Part shown: positions 1 through 11,224 of the stretch, piece by piece
How the letters are laid out: every line of letters starts with the position of its first letter
How positions within the stretch are numbered: the first letter of the stretch is position 1
DNA from: Zygnema circumcarinatum SAG 698-1b
Lineage: Eukaryota; Plantae; Zygnematophyceae
Reading direction: 5' to 3'
NCBI GenBank assembly: GCA_037447605.1
Contig: CM074813.1
Location: forward strand, 2,108,001-2,172,000
Length of the DNA: 64,000 nucleotides
The notes under the pieces: model-generated
What the model was told of the DNA's origin: nothing
The model's input: only the letters and a program-made list of their open reading frames with translations
Database searches by the model: none
Position numbers and translations under genes: made by a program

Positions 1-2497
1 CAGGTGGTAGAGAATCCTGATTTGAAGAGAGAGAAAACGCGCAGTCTGGCTGCCTGCTCGCAGTATTCTGTTCAGGATCAGTTTGGTTTTGCTGATGCTC
101 CTTTTGAATGAGCAACGATGTGTCTGACATGCATGGGACGAGGGTCAACGGGTCAACCAGGCGTGAACTCATCTCATCTGCATTCAATGACTCCGCAGCA
201 TTGCTCGCCTGCTGCCGATCCTCGCACGAATGGGTTGGAGAGGATGGCAAGTCGTCCTCAATATCCCATTCTTCGTCATTCATAGAAACTGCATGAAAAC
301 AGTTGACGGGTCCATGTCAAGACGAACTTGTTCAAGAAACAAAAAAAACAAAAAGATCCTCCTCTGCTGTTAGACCTTGTGTGAAAATGAAAATGCTGAA
401 AATCCTGAAAATGAATAACTCCAAGGGAGATCTCACCATCTGCATCGGACGTACGCATCTCCATTAGTCCCTCGTGTACCTCTTCCTCCTCCACCCCTCC
501 CTGTTGCATCTGCATCTTTTCCCTCTCTAGCTGTGCTCTGGCCACGTCTGCTGCCTCCAGTCCAATCTGACCATATTCCGCCCTCTCCAAGGGAATGGCT
601 GCTTGAGACAGACCCGGCACTGACACAGGAATAGCAGCCTCGGTTGCATCATAGGGCGATTCTAGCGACGCGAGCCGACTGTTTGCCGGGGGAAACTCGC
701 CGAGAGGCAGTTCAAAAGAAGACGTAGCAGGAGCGTCACGAAAGGAAGCTGCTGAGAGTCCCTGCTGGGACAGAAGGCCCTGGGCGCAGGGAGGGACTCC
801 TGGAAGCTGCGGACTGCCCACTTGCACCTGACCATACAAGAATTGACCCCGAATTCAACAGCACAGAAATAGTCAGGCTGGCACCGCTGCAGTGCCTTGC
901 TCTATTAGGTGTACATATTTGTACACAATCAATCAGATCTAACGTTGCCTTATACTTTCCGTTAAATATGATAGTCAGGCGCCTATCGCTATGAGTAATA
1001 TCTCCCTTTTTTCTTTTAAAGGGGACCCTCCCCCGTCAAAACTCACCAAAGTAGAACTACCTCCCCCCGTGCCGTAGGCGGCACTGGTGGCGGCTAGAGC
1101 TCTTTCCCCCACAACGGGAGGAAGAACGCTGCTGCTGCCAACTACTGGTCGAAGGTTTGAACGCACTCCCTTCCTTCGCGCAGTTTTGCGGCGTCGATTT
1201 CCATGCTTTCGATCTACCATGCCAAGAAGCATATGCGTCCCACACCTGCACCCACGCCATGCATGCATGCATATGTCGAAAGATTCAGCAAGTGAATAAC
1301 GCTTTCATAAAGCGAGAGCAAATGGACTTAATGGAAGTGGCCAACTGACTTCCGAAAGCGAAAACGTATCTGCTTTATAAGTTCGCAGTTTGACCTGACA
1401 CGCGGGCTGTTGGGCCAGCCAAAACTTGCATATTTGTTGCAGTTCTCAGCCTGACAGTGCTCCGATTTGCACTTCTCAAGGCGGCGCTTGGCGTGCTTCA
1501 GATTGACCATCCCTTGCACAATGTGCTGCGAGCAGCGCAGCTTCCTGTCTCCGGGGAAACCAAAAGACGCATGTTTTATGCATCCTTGAACGCGGCATTT
1601 GGCACTGTAGTTCGGAACTTTTCTTGACGCTGAACAGAAACACGGCAAGCACACAATCCATCATTCTACATGCCAAAAGCAATCCAACGAGCAAAACATT
1701 CTTGCTTCAAAAGGCAAGTCCCGTAGCCTTGTTCAAGTACAGACAGGGCATCTGATCCACCTATATGCCTGGAGCCTGTACCAGCTGGCGAGCAACGACA
1801 AACATAGACTCGGTCTATTGAGTAGCTTTGTTCTCGAAACGCACGACTTGCAGCAGGATACGAGGACGTGACTTACGCCTGGAATCTCTTCCATTTAATC
1901 GTAATTTCCTTTCCTCGTCTCCATCTTCGAATGCCTGCATTGTGCCTCCTAATACTCAATCAACCTAATTTCAAATAAGCAAGTATGCAAACGTGCAGTT
2001 GTTTACAGACTCCCCTTCACTTGGAAACAGCTAGTAATTGCACGCAAACGATTGCAACTCACTAGCTTGCAGTTCGTGCAGCAAGTAAAAATGGATATTA
2101 TGCCAATATCTCAAGATGTTCCCTTCCTGTTATTGTCGCTGCTGATGCGCACAGGCACTCGCACCGACTAAATCGTAAAGACCATCAAACGCTTCACGGA
2201 CGACGTTAAGCACCCAAAAACTCCTACAAACTCAAAAACACTGTCGCTGAAGTAGTTTTTTCAAGCAACTGACAGGAGAAACAAACTCACTCGCTTCCTT
2301 TCATATATGACACCGTCAACATATTCAATCTTCCCCGCAGCAAAGGCCTCGCTTTCAATAACTGCCTGCATCTCCGCGCCTACAATCTCGAGTACAGAGA
2401 GCTCGACGTCGCTGTACTCGGAGGCCTCCCCCACGGCCAAATCCTCGGCCTGCTCCACCTCCATCACCGGCCCTGAAATCTCTTCCGCCATAGCCAT
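1..2497 (-). CDS. Spliced gene for an acidic/low-complexity protein with two EsV-1-7-like Cys/His repeats and a basic NLS-like stretch; 3' end runs off the window
   Basis: Phase-consistent GT-AG exons: 2497-2291, 1934-1877, 1629-1395, 1245-~1047, ~829-437, ~289-<1. Spliced peptide includes CRVQGCIKHASFGFPGDRKLRCSQHIVQGMVNL and CQAENCNKYASFGWPNSPRVRCGTHMLLGMVDR, then KHGNRRRKTARRK. Confidence 0.72.
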
Positions 2498-2869
2498 TCA
2501 CCATGAAACGCTGCGCATGCTACTGTTGCTCCGCTTTCCCCCCGCCAGGAAGACTTACCCTGCTTTGAAGGCTCCTAAAACTCACTACTCCTGAATAGTT
2601 CTCCACATTTCACATAAAATCAGTTCAATAAGCATGTAAGGATCGATTCGCTGTAGGAAAATGGTGCCGACCAGATGCAGCCATAGACAGCGAGCGCGCT
2701 CGAGAGCTCCAATCCATGGCGGCGCGCCTCGAACTGAATGGAACGCAGGATTCCGAACTTTATGCAAGCGTCCCCGACCGTACAATCACATCCTTCCTGA
2801 ATCCTGAAGCTGTCCAGCCATTAGGCTGAGAAATCGAACAATCTCTTACTTAATTATGTTCAATTGAAA

Positions 2870-4073
2870 AAGGGTAGTGTTATTTCCACCCCTTTTTTGG
2901 ATCCAAACACCCCTTCCCGGCCGGGCAGATTTCAAAAAGGATTAAAAACGGAAAATGCTTTTTTTCAGTCCTTTCTGGAATCGATACACACTTTTTCTGT
3001 CTGGCAGATTTTATTCTTGCAAAACATGGAAAACGAAACGATACCCCGTCACCCCATTTTCAATATCTCGCTCCCCTGATTTTTTTTAGAGAAAAAAAAA
3101 TCGGCCTGCCCGAATCCGCTCGGAGCGGAAGATCCGTCCGCCACGAGATCGTTCGCGGCTGCCGTCCTTTACAATAGGGGGTGTCAGACTTAAAAAATTT
3201 CAGTACGCGTGTTCGTAAGTTTGACATCAGAACGAGTACTCCAGTATGATAGCGATCCTCCTGCGGCGAGGGGGTGTCAGACTTAACAAAATCTTACGAA
3301 AAGCGTTACGAAAAAAAAGGTTACGAAAGTACTCCGCCGCAGGAGGATCGCTATCATACTGGAGTACTCGTTCTGATATCAAACTTACGAACACGCGTAC
3401 TGAAATTTTTTAAGTCTGACACCCCCTAATGCAATGCATCCGTACGATCGCAACTTCGAGGAAACGCAAAATCTCGTACATTGAGAAACTGGACCAATCA
3501 CAAATTGCCATGTCATATGAACGAACATGTGGCAGATGGTGATTGGCTGTCAGTTGTCAATGGCGAGCCGCCACAGGCTGGCCGGTCGAGCTCCATAATT
3601 TTGCAGAGATCTCGGGCCGAGGACGCGCGCACTCGCACTTGCGAGCCGGCTTTGGCGGGACACGTAGGCACGTGCTATTCGCTGGACCGAGCCCGGCGAC
3701 AGATCTAATGGTGATCTGCCCTGGTGCGATCGGCGAGAGAATCGACGGCTGAGATGCATTGCACGTGTAAAGGACGGCCAGCCGCGTACGATGTCGTGGC
3801 GGACGGATCTTCCGCACCGAGCGGATTCGGGCAGGCCGATATTTTTTTCTCTCAAAAAAAAAAAATCAGGGGAGCGAGATATTGAAAATGGGGTGCCGGG
3901 GTATCGTTTCGTTTTCCATGTTTTGCAAGAATAAAATCTGCCCGACGGAAAGGTTTGTATCGATTCCAAAAAGGACTGAAAAAAGCATTTTCCGTTTTTA
4001 ATCCTTTTTGAAATCTGCCCGGCCGGGAAGGGGTGTTTGGATCCAAAAAAGGGGTGGAAATAACACTACCCTT
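2870..4073. mobile_element. Non-autonomous foldback/long-TIR DNA element, superfamily unassigned
   Basis: About 300-bp inverted arms starting AAGGGTAGTGTTATTTCCACCCC and ending GGGGTGGAAATAACACTACCCTT. GAAA flanks both ends (2866-2869, 4074-4077), a possible 4-bp TSD. No coding capacity. Related copies at 61.2-63.2 kb. Confidence 0.85.
3176..3427. mobile_element. MITE nested in the foldback element
   Basis: About 95-bp near-perfect TIRs (AGGGGGTGTCAGACTTAAAAAATTTCAGTACGCG...). AAT direct repeat at 3173-3175 and 3428-3430; a TA TSD reading with GGGGG termini also fits. It interrupts the left arm of the host element. Confidence 0.88.
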
Positions 4074-4428
4074 GAAAAAACAGCGAAGGTTTCAGTTGAA
4101 CGTGTGAACAGGCGGATCGAATGTTCAGGGACCTAAGAATTTGAACAACATGAAAAAATGTCAAAAGCGAAACATTTTCGCTTACACATGTAGATTCCAA
4201 TTTTTGCCACGTAAGATTCAAGCAGTGAGGGATTTCCTGAACTCCGGCCCAATATTCGCCGTACGACATTTTTCGCCAGATCAACAATCACCGTACGGTA
4301 CGAATGGATTCCACCACTGTACGGCAATGGAAAGCAGAAACGGGTCCAACGCTTTGCGGTTTGCCAAAATCTCATTGTTGGTCGGTGGATGCAAAGTAAA
4401 TTGAAATTGAACGTGACTGGGAGTTAAT

Positions 4429-4573
4429 AGGGGAAACTTTCATTGAACTAGCGATGGCGAGGCCATCAAATGTACATGGACAAAAGCAAAATGTGGAACT
4501 ACGAGGGACTGGTCGCAAAGGACCGAAACACAATAAAACGAAGCTAGGAGCGGAAACTACGCCTAGGCCCGCC
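4429..4573. mobile_element. Truncated copy of a ~250-bp dispersed repeat (SINE/retroposon-like)
   Basis: Flanked by an exact 14-bp direct repeat GACTGGGAGTTAAT (4415-4428, 4574-4587). Core GATGGCGAGGCCATCAAATGTACATGGACAAAAG recurs at about 5.9, 53.6, 61.4 and 62.4 kb. Confidence 0.7.
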
Positions 4574-4889
4574 GACTGGGAGTTAATTGTTCAATGTTTA
4601 ACTGGATTCGCATTGGATTCACATTCGCTTCTCAAAAAAATAATAAAGAAAAAAACTGTTTTTTCTGAGCTGCGGTTTTGAAAGTTTATTTTTTGAGGAG
4701 CCAAAATCTTTTATTTCTTATGTGTTCAACCCCGCTGGTAGCAGGATGTATTTCGTACGACGTTCCGTACAAGCAGCAAATGTACGGTAACGACATCTTG
4801 TACTTTTCCCGCACTTGTTTCGGTGCGTTCCACGTTTCGTACCGTACGAATCACACGTGTGGAAGGGAGTTGAGGAAATGAGTAATGAG

Positions 4890-5753
4890 CAGGGTTCTTC
4901 AAATAGGGGAGATCCCCTAAATATCGTAAATAGCTTATTTATGTAAGATTTTGAGATTAGTTTACGTGATTTCAACTTAAATACCACACAAGCCCCAAAA
5001 AAGCATTTTTTTGGTTAAAAACAAAAAGGAAATGAATTGCATTTGCAACCACGATAGCAATGATGTATATGAATTTTACTTGTTGGTATAACAACACGGC
5101 TTTAGAAACTGGTGCAACCTCTTCCACTCTTATAGATTGGTAAATTTTACCAATCAATTAGAACAACTGTGCATTTGGCAATCACAACATATAGTTACTT
5201 ATTCAAAAACCCAATTGCACGGAAACTTTGTAGATCCAATCCTAAGCTCTCTATTTCCTTTTCCATCCATCATTAATTACTCCAAGTATCACTTTAGAAT
5301 CCGTCATAGTCTTGAAATTTCCTCACAAAACCTCTATTCCAAATCATAACCTTTGAAATTCTAGGTGTAGTCACAAAAGAAAAACTGAAATAGGAACTAA
5401 AATTAGAAATGAAATGAAAAATGGTCTCACTCCCTTAGGATTTTTAGGCTGAACAAGACAGCTATAGAAGTGATGCAAACTACTCAAAGAGACCCTTGAA
5501 GAGCGGTCAAACTATCAAACTGTTTGCAGTGAAGAATGCCTTCCAATGAAAAGTCTGTCAACCTCTTTCGAAACTCGTCTTTCTCCCATCCAATTACTAA
5601 AAAATCAGACTCGACGGTAGCAGTGTTGGGAAATGATGAACGTCCGTACGTGCACGGTTCCGTCCGTACAGTCCATATTTACGTGTTTTTACAAAACCAA
5701 GTTAGGGGACAGTCCCCTATCTTAAGCCGAAATCCCCTATTTGAAGAACCCTG
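4890..5753 (-). mobile_element. hAT-superfamily internal-deletion derivative
   Basis: TIR CAGGGTTCTTCAAATAGGGG at both ends; exact 8-bp TSD GTAATGAG (4882-4889, 5754-5761); carries a transposase C-terminal remnant. Confidence 0.92.
5484..5633 (-). pseudogene. hAT transposase C-terminal (dimerisation-region) fragment
   Basis: Reads FPNTATVESDFLVIGWEKDEFRKRLTDFSLEGILHCKQFDSLTALQGSL*. The TATVESDFS-like motif is typical of hAT C-termini. No upstream coding region. Confidence 0.8.
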
Positions 5754-5899
5754 GTAATGAGTCTAATGACCCCTCATCAGCATACGAAGGACGAAGTAAG
5801 CGAAGGGAAGCGATGTGGCATTGGTCTCATGATGGCGATGATGCCATCGAATGTAGATGGACGAAATCATTTGAGGGTGAGCCCTTAAAATTGAATTTG

Positions 5900-6086
5900 A
5901 AAGGGAATATATCATTGATCTTACGATGGCAAGGCCGTCAAATGTGCATGGACAAAATCAACATGGGGAACTAAAGGAATCGGCCACAAAGGACCTAAGC
6001 TACAAAGAGAAAAGCCCATAAACGGCAGTCTACTTCTAGGTTCAACAACAACACGGCACTCCAAGCAGCCGCGAAGGCCGCCGATA
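5900..6086. repeat. Diverged copy of the ~250-bp dispersed repeat; another partial copy at about 5815-5865
   Basis: CATTGATCTTACGATGGCAAGGCCGTCAAATGTGCATGGACAAAATC...AAGCAGCCGCGAAGG aligns by eye to the copies at 4.4, 61.4 and 62.4 kb. Confidence 0.7.
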
Positions 6087-6347
6087 AATCATTTGAGCGT
6101 TTGATCAAGGGCATTCGTCACGTGTACATGACATGCACACGTGGCGTGTCGCGATTGGACGGTGCTCGACAAGGTTTTTTTTTTTAGAAGGGCCCTCCGC
6201 CTGCCTGCAAGGCGGCTTGAAAGGCGGCAGCGGGGGCGGAGGCGGAGGCGGAGGCGGAGGCGGCAGGAAGGGGGGATAGGGAGGGAGAGGGGAGGAAGGG
6301 GGGGGGGAGGGGAGGGAGCAGGCATTTGGATCGCTCGAGCGGCGGAC

Positions 6348-6579
6348 ATGGCCAGGATGAGGAGGAAACAAGAGCGGAAGAGAGTCCAATACCGGCGCAG
6401 AGTGGCCCGGCAGGCGACAGGGCTCAGATCGTCCCATCCGATGCGTTGGTGTTTGAGGAGAACGAAAACCTCCTTTTTGAAAAGTAAGAATCCTCCCTGG
6501 AAGTTTGAGGCAGCCACGTCTGATCTCATACTTTTCCAGGGACCAGATTGATATACTTCCGCTGTTTGAGCTTGATTAA
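6348..6579 (+). CDS. Possible tiny two-exon gene of unknown function; reading frame and start unresolved
   Basis: GA-rich leader, GACATGG context, donor AA|GTAAGA at about 6483 and acceptor TTTTCCAG| at about 6539. The protein-like frame (..VFEENENLLFEK|DQIDILPLFELD*) is not the ATG frame. Confidence 0.22.
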
Positions 6580-7141
6580 GGGGCAACTGGAGCGTTTTGC
6601 CTGTGAACATGTGCGTTCATGTGAGTGAAATCACTAGTCTTGCAGGTCCTCCGTTTTGTGAAAACACAAACTTGATTCGCTCTTCTGTATTCCAATGACC
6701 TCTTGAGCACAATCAGTGTTTCTTTAACGTTTTTTTGTCCACGTGACATCAAGATGTAGATTGTACTCTGTCCATTCCTCTAGCGGCAGGCAAAGCGCCA
6801 TTGATTGCTTAATTCACTGTGCAGCCTTCCGAGCATTTCTGAAAGTTCGCATTTATTCATAAATGTAAACCAGAGAACCAGGTAAACACCGACAACCTAA
6901 GTGGACTACGTCGAAATAAAAACAGAAATTTCTGCTGCAAGGGTTTACATAGTGGTTCCATTGCCCTTCATTGATTCACAAATTTCCTTTGCGAGTGCAT
7001 AGGCGACAAGCACCCAACTTTCTGCTGCACAATAAGGTCAGGACAATAGCTGGGCGAAATTCTCCTCTTGAGATCTTGAGAGGAGATTGTCATTGTTACA
7101 ACTTTGCAGTGTTCACACTTACTAAGGAGAGTGACCGGCGT

Positions 7142-8486
7142 TTAGTCAGCTTCGTCAGGGCCCAAAAGCGCATCGAGCTTCAAATATCTTCGTAGCTTCC
7201 TATTCTGAAGGAGTTTTTTTAAAATTGAGCTGTCTACTAAATGGACTTGCAGTAGGTTGTAAAGCGGCGCAGCCAAGAAGACAGACAGCATAAGCAGGAC
7301 GATCGCCAAACAGATCAACATCACATTCCGAAACCCCGCCAGCTCTTGTGGGTTGTCTGTTGTTTGAGGCATCCATGGAACGCCTCCGACATTCATTCCA
7401 AAGACTGCACCCACACAAAACCGTAATTGAAAGTTGCAAACATGTACTGAAGAGAAGGGGAGGACGAAGGGAAGGGAGAGGAGGCTCGATGCTTACATCC
7501 AGTGACAATGGACAAGGGAAGAAAGACCATGGAGAGGAAGGATAGGTAGTAGAGCTTCTTGTTGATCTGCTCCGACTGCCACTGATCCAAACCCGCCTGA
7601 AGCGCTGTTATCCGAGATGCCAAGAAACCCACGTTCTCCTTGCAGCGCCGCATGCTGGCCATAAAGTTATCCACGGCGGCAGTGTCCTCCGCAGAGCACC
7701 ACTTTTTGCCAGCAATCTTGTCTTTCACTTTTGGAAATACCACCTCCGAATGTGCGATTGACTGTGAGCAGGCGATAGCAATTGGTAACTTTAGGGATAC
7801 TGAGGGGGATGATATGCGATAAAAATGCATTGAAAGTGAGTAGTACACAGAAGTACGTTGTAAAATGCTCAAATCATACAGACCTCCTCGATGTTCTAGA
7901 TCTCGCCATCCTTTCCCAATCCCTTCACCCCTCCCTCCCTCCTCGGCCTCTCCACGCTCTCAGCTCCCCTTACCAAAACCCTCCTCTCTACCTTCCTAAA
8001 CACCTCATATGCTCGCACCCACAGACTCAATATCTCCTTAACGTCTGACTATGTGACAGTGGCATTTAACAGAGTACGGGGAAGAGGAGACGAGTGGAGA
8101 GGGGTAATGTGAGAGGAGGTAAAGGAAGGGCATAGGGAGAGGAAGTAGAGAGGGGCCGGAAATGGGAGGACAGGAAAAATGGGAGGGAAAGGAAGAGATA
8201 GAGAGCCATAGGAAGAGTGAGGGAAGTGGCCTGGAGGAGGAGGTGAAGAGAGCGGGGAAGAGAAAGAGAGGGAGGAAGAAGAAGAGAAGAGGAACCCTTC
8301 TGACACAATAATAAGTTAAAGGGGAGGGAGGGGAGTAGGAAGGTCTACCTGCAGCAATCTCTGCAGGTCGAGATGCATTTTAGGGAGAGCCCGCTGCTTC
8401 AAGAGTCGTCCTTTTGCAGCCCCCCCTGTCTCCAATGCCAGCCAATCCATATTTGGCCTCTTATGCCAAACCATTTAGAAGCCTTT

Positions 8487-8525
<39 letters not shown>

Positions 8526-9578
8526 AACAGAGCGTAGAAAGGACGAGTAAACAATAAGCGCCCCAAAACGTGATTCTGGCTGCTGAACTTAGAGGTTCCT
8601 CTTCCCCCTTTCCTTTTTCGTCCCTCCCCTCCAATCTCCCCCACTCTCTTTCCTCCCTCACTCCCTGCCCCACCAACCCTTTCCCTCCCCCGCCCACCCC
8701 TGCCCTCTTCTCCTCTCCTCTCCCTCCCTCCATTTATCCGTGCCCTCACCGCTGTCGAGGATGCGCTCGGTCTCATCCACCTGCATCTCCACATCCACCA
8801 CGATGTCCTGAACTTGGTCCACAAACGTGTCCAGAATGTGCACCAGCAGCTTTGCCACACTGCGCGGGATGGGGTTGTCAGCATCTTGCGGATGATTCCT
8901 CCTCAGCAGCTCCTCAAGCAGCTCCTCATTCACCACCAGAGCTCCGTCCCTCACATCCGCCAAAACTGCGTCTCCGGACCCGGGCTCCGTTATCTCGCGC
9001 AGCTCCCCTAATCTGTGTGGAATTTCTGCCAAAAAAGTCTGTCCTATTGATCTTACAAATTCCAGACGCGGAACTCTTCCAAGGGCCACGCTAACTATTG
9101 AGTTTTCTGTAAGGCGAACGGCCATCCGCAGAGTGAAGCTACTTTCAAGAGGGCCTGTGCAGTTTATTCGGAAAACAAGGGAGCCTTGCAGGCTACCGCA
9201 GTAGGGACCGTTGCTTACAAGGGCGGTAATTTCCTGCAAAGTCAAACTTGGGTAAAGGTGCTCGATGACAGCCATAGCTCCTGCAGAAAGGGAGGGGCAG
9301 CCGCGAGGAATTTCTAAATGGTACCACGAAAACTGCCCTGCTTCGTCCTTGGAGTCCACATCAAATTGCTTTGCGTGGAAGCTTCCTTCGCCATCAAAAA
9401 GGAAGGCGGAACGGCGAACTGCATAAGGAGATTTTGACTGTTCTAATGGCTCTGAGCTGGTTGAGATTCCCGTGGGTAAGGAAGGGGATTTTGCACTTTT
9501 GGTGCGGAGGAGAGGGCTGGGAGTGCTGCCGCCTAGGAGGTGTCGGCCCGCCTCGGGAGATGTAGGCTCGCCCGTCAT
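7142..9578 (-). CDS. CorA/ZntB-like divalent cation (Mg/Zn) transporter, plant type
   Basis: Exons 9578-8750, 8425-8349, 7761-7497, 7404-7142 are phase-consistent. Motifs FSWYHLEIPRG, LVSNGPYCG, VALGRVPRL, PKMHLDLQRLLQ and FLPLSIVTGFFGMNVGGVPW (CorA GMN signature after TM1). Confidence 0.93.
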
Positions 9579-11224
9579 TGTGATAGAGAGAGAAAGAGGG
9601 TGGGCGAGGGGAGGGCGAGGGAGCGGAAGGGGTAGGAGGCAAATAGGAGAGGGAAGGGGAGGAGGGAGAGGGGCTGTGGGAAGAGGAAAGCTGCGGGAAT
9701 GGAATGGGAAGAAGTGAGATAGAGGAGGAGAGGGGGGAGAGGAAGAATACAAGGAGGACAGAAGGTGAACGGAAAGAGAAAGAGAGAGAAGGCAGGGGTA
9801 GGGGAAGATACGGAGAAACGAGGAGAACGAAGAAGAAGAGATAGAGAGGAGAAGAAATGAGCGAGAGAGGGAGGGATCAATCACCGAGCTTGCCTCGGAT
9901 GTTCACGGAACAAGATGTGTATCCGCAGATTACATTCCACTTCCAATTCTTATCTCTAACATCTTCTGTCAGCGGTTCACATTGCCCTCACTTTTACCTC
10001 CTCCTCCTCTCAACTCACGCCAGCGTGCCTCTCAGGCTCTCGAAGAAGCTGCTATACATGTAAACCAAACGGAAGAATAACGTGCTTCCGACATGCCCAG
10101 CGGGGCCCTTCCTCCCTCTCTTGAGCTTTCCCCCTTGTCTCTCTCTTTCCCATTTCTCGCTTGCTTCGCGTGTTCGGTACTTTGAAGCCTCCAGGAAAGT
10201 GGGTATCGTCACGTCACTCACGTTACGTCACGTAACGTCACGCCACGGCTGTACTTTCGTAACTACTCTACAGTACAGGATACAGTTGCCTACTCTATAA
10301 AGTCACACACGCGGGAACGGAATATGAATGACCACTCGATAAAGTCCACCGACGTCGGACGGGCGGTCGATTGGGGGTGTCCCTCCGATGGCCTGTCCAT
10401 CGGACGGCGACGATCGGCCTAGAGAGCGTGGCAGCCAGCATGGGCCTGTCGCTATCTTATGGCTTTTTTTTATGAAGAGGTGAAGGCTGCGCTTCTGAAG
10501 GGCAGGATGGGACTGTAACAAGAGAAGGCGAAAGTGACCTTCGAGCAGGAATCTGCTTCAAATAGCGCGAGAGACATTGGCCAACAGATGCGGCAAACCA
10601 GATCAACAAGGACGAGCTTTGGTGCTTAGTTTAGAAGAAAAGTCGGTACAATTCTGGTGTGCGCCCTGACAACATTGCACCCGAGAGCGGATGACCAAGC
10701 CGTGCCTTAATTTCCTCTAAGTTTCTTCAATCTCCTCAATCCTACACTAACAACTGCCTGCTTAGCGAAACGATGTTGAAGTTACAAACTGGAGCTAAGA
10801 AAACTCCAAGAGGGGCAAGTCCCGAATGTATACGCAGACAAGCTGCCGCCTTGGCTCAAATACTGCAAACATAAACAATGGAGCAGTCGGTCAAGCAGCT
10901 CCTGTATTAGATTTCTCCTCGTCTCTTCCCTCTCTCCTCCTCACTTCACACCTCCTTTTGCTGCTCGGCACCCCCTTCACTCTCCTCTCCTCTCTTCAAT
11001 CCAAGTCCTCTCCTTTCCCCTCTCATCTCCACGGCTATCCGGTCTCTTCCCCATGCTGCCTCCTCGTCTCCTTACCCCCTCCCTCATCTCAACGCCACTT
11101 TCCTTCCCCTCTCCACTTCTGATTATTTGGTTTATTAAGTTCCCTGCTTTCTTATAGAAAAGGTTTACAATTAGGCAGAATCGGGGCATAATCATTCTTA
11201 TTACCTGAATTACGCCCCCTTTCC

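Noticed and set aside
2864-4046. Duplicated ORFs containing DPNTPSRPGRFQKGLKTENAFF
   Set aside because: These are the two arms of the foldback element read on opposite strands, not genes.
4454-4681. Recurrent small ORFs (MARPSNVHGQ..., ...TSVTFAAASRGCVVRLGVVFRS) as a peptide gene family
   Set aside because: They are incidental frames in the dispersed ~250-bp repeat; starts, stops and frames differ between copies.
6089-6610. Pro-rich and Arg-rich ORFs on both strands (extensin-like)
   Set aside because: They are translations of (GGCGGA)n and G/A homopolymer tracts, with no domain or splice support.
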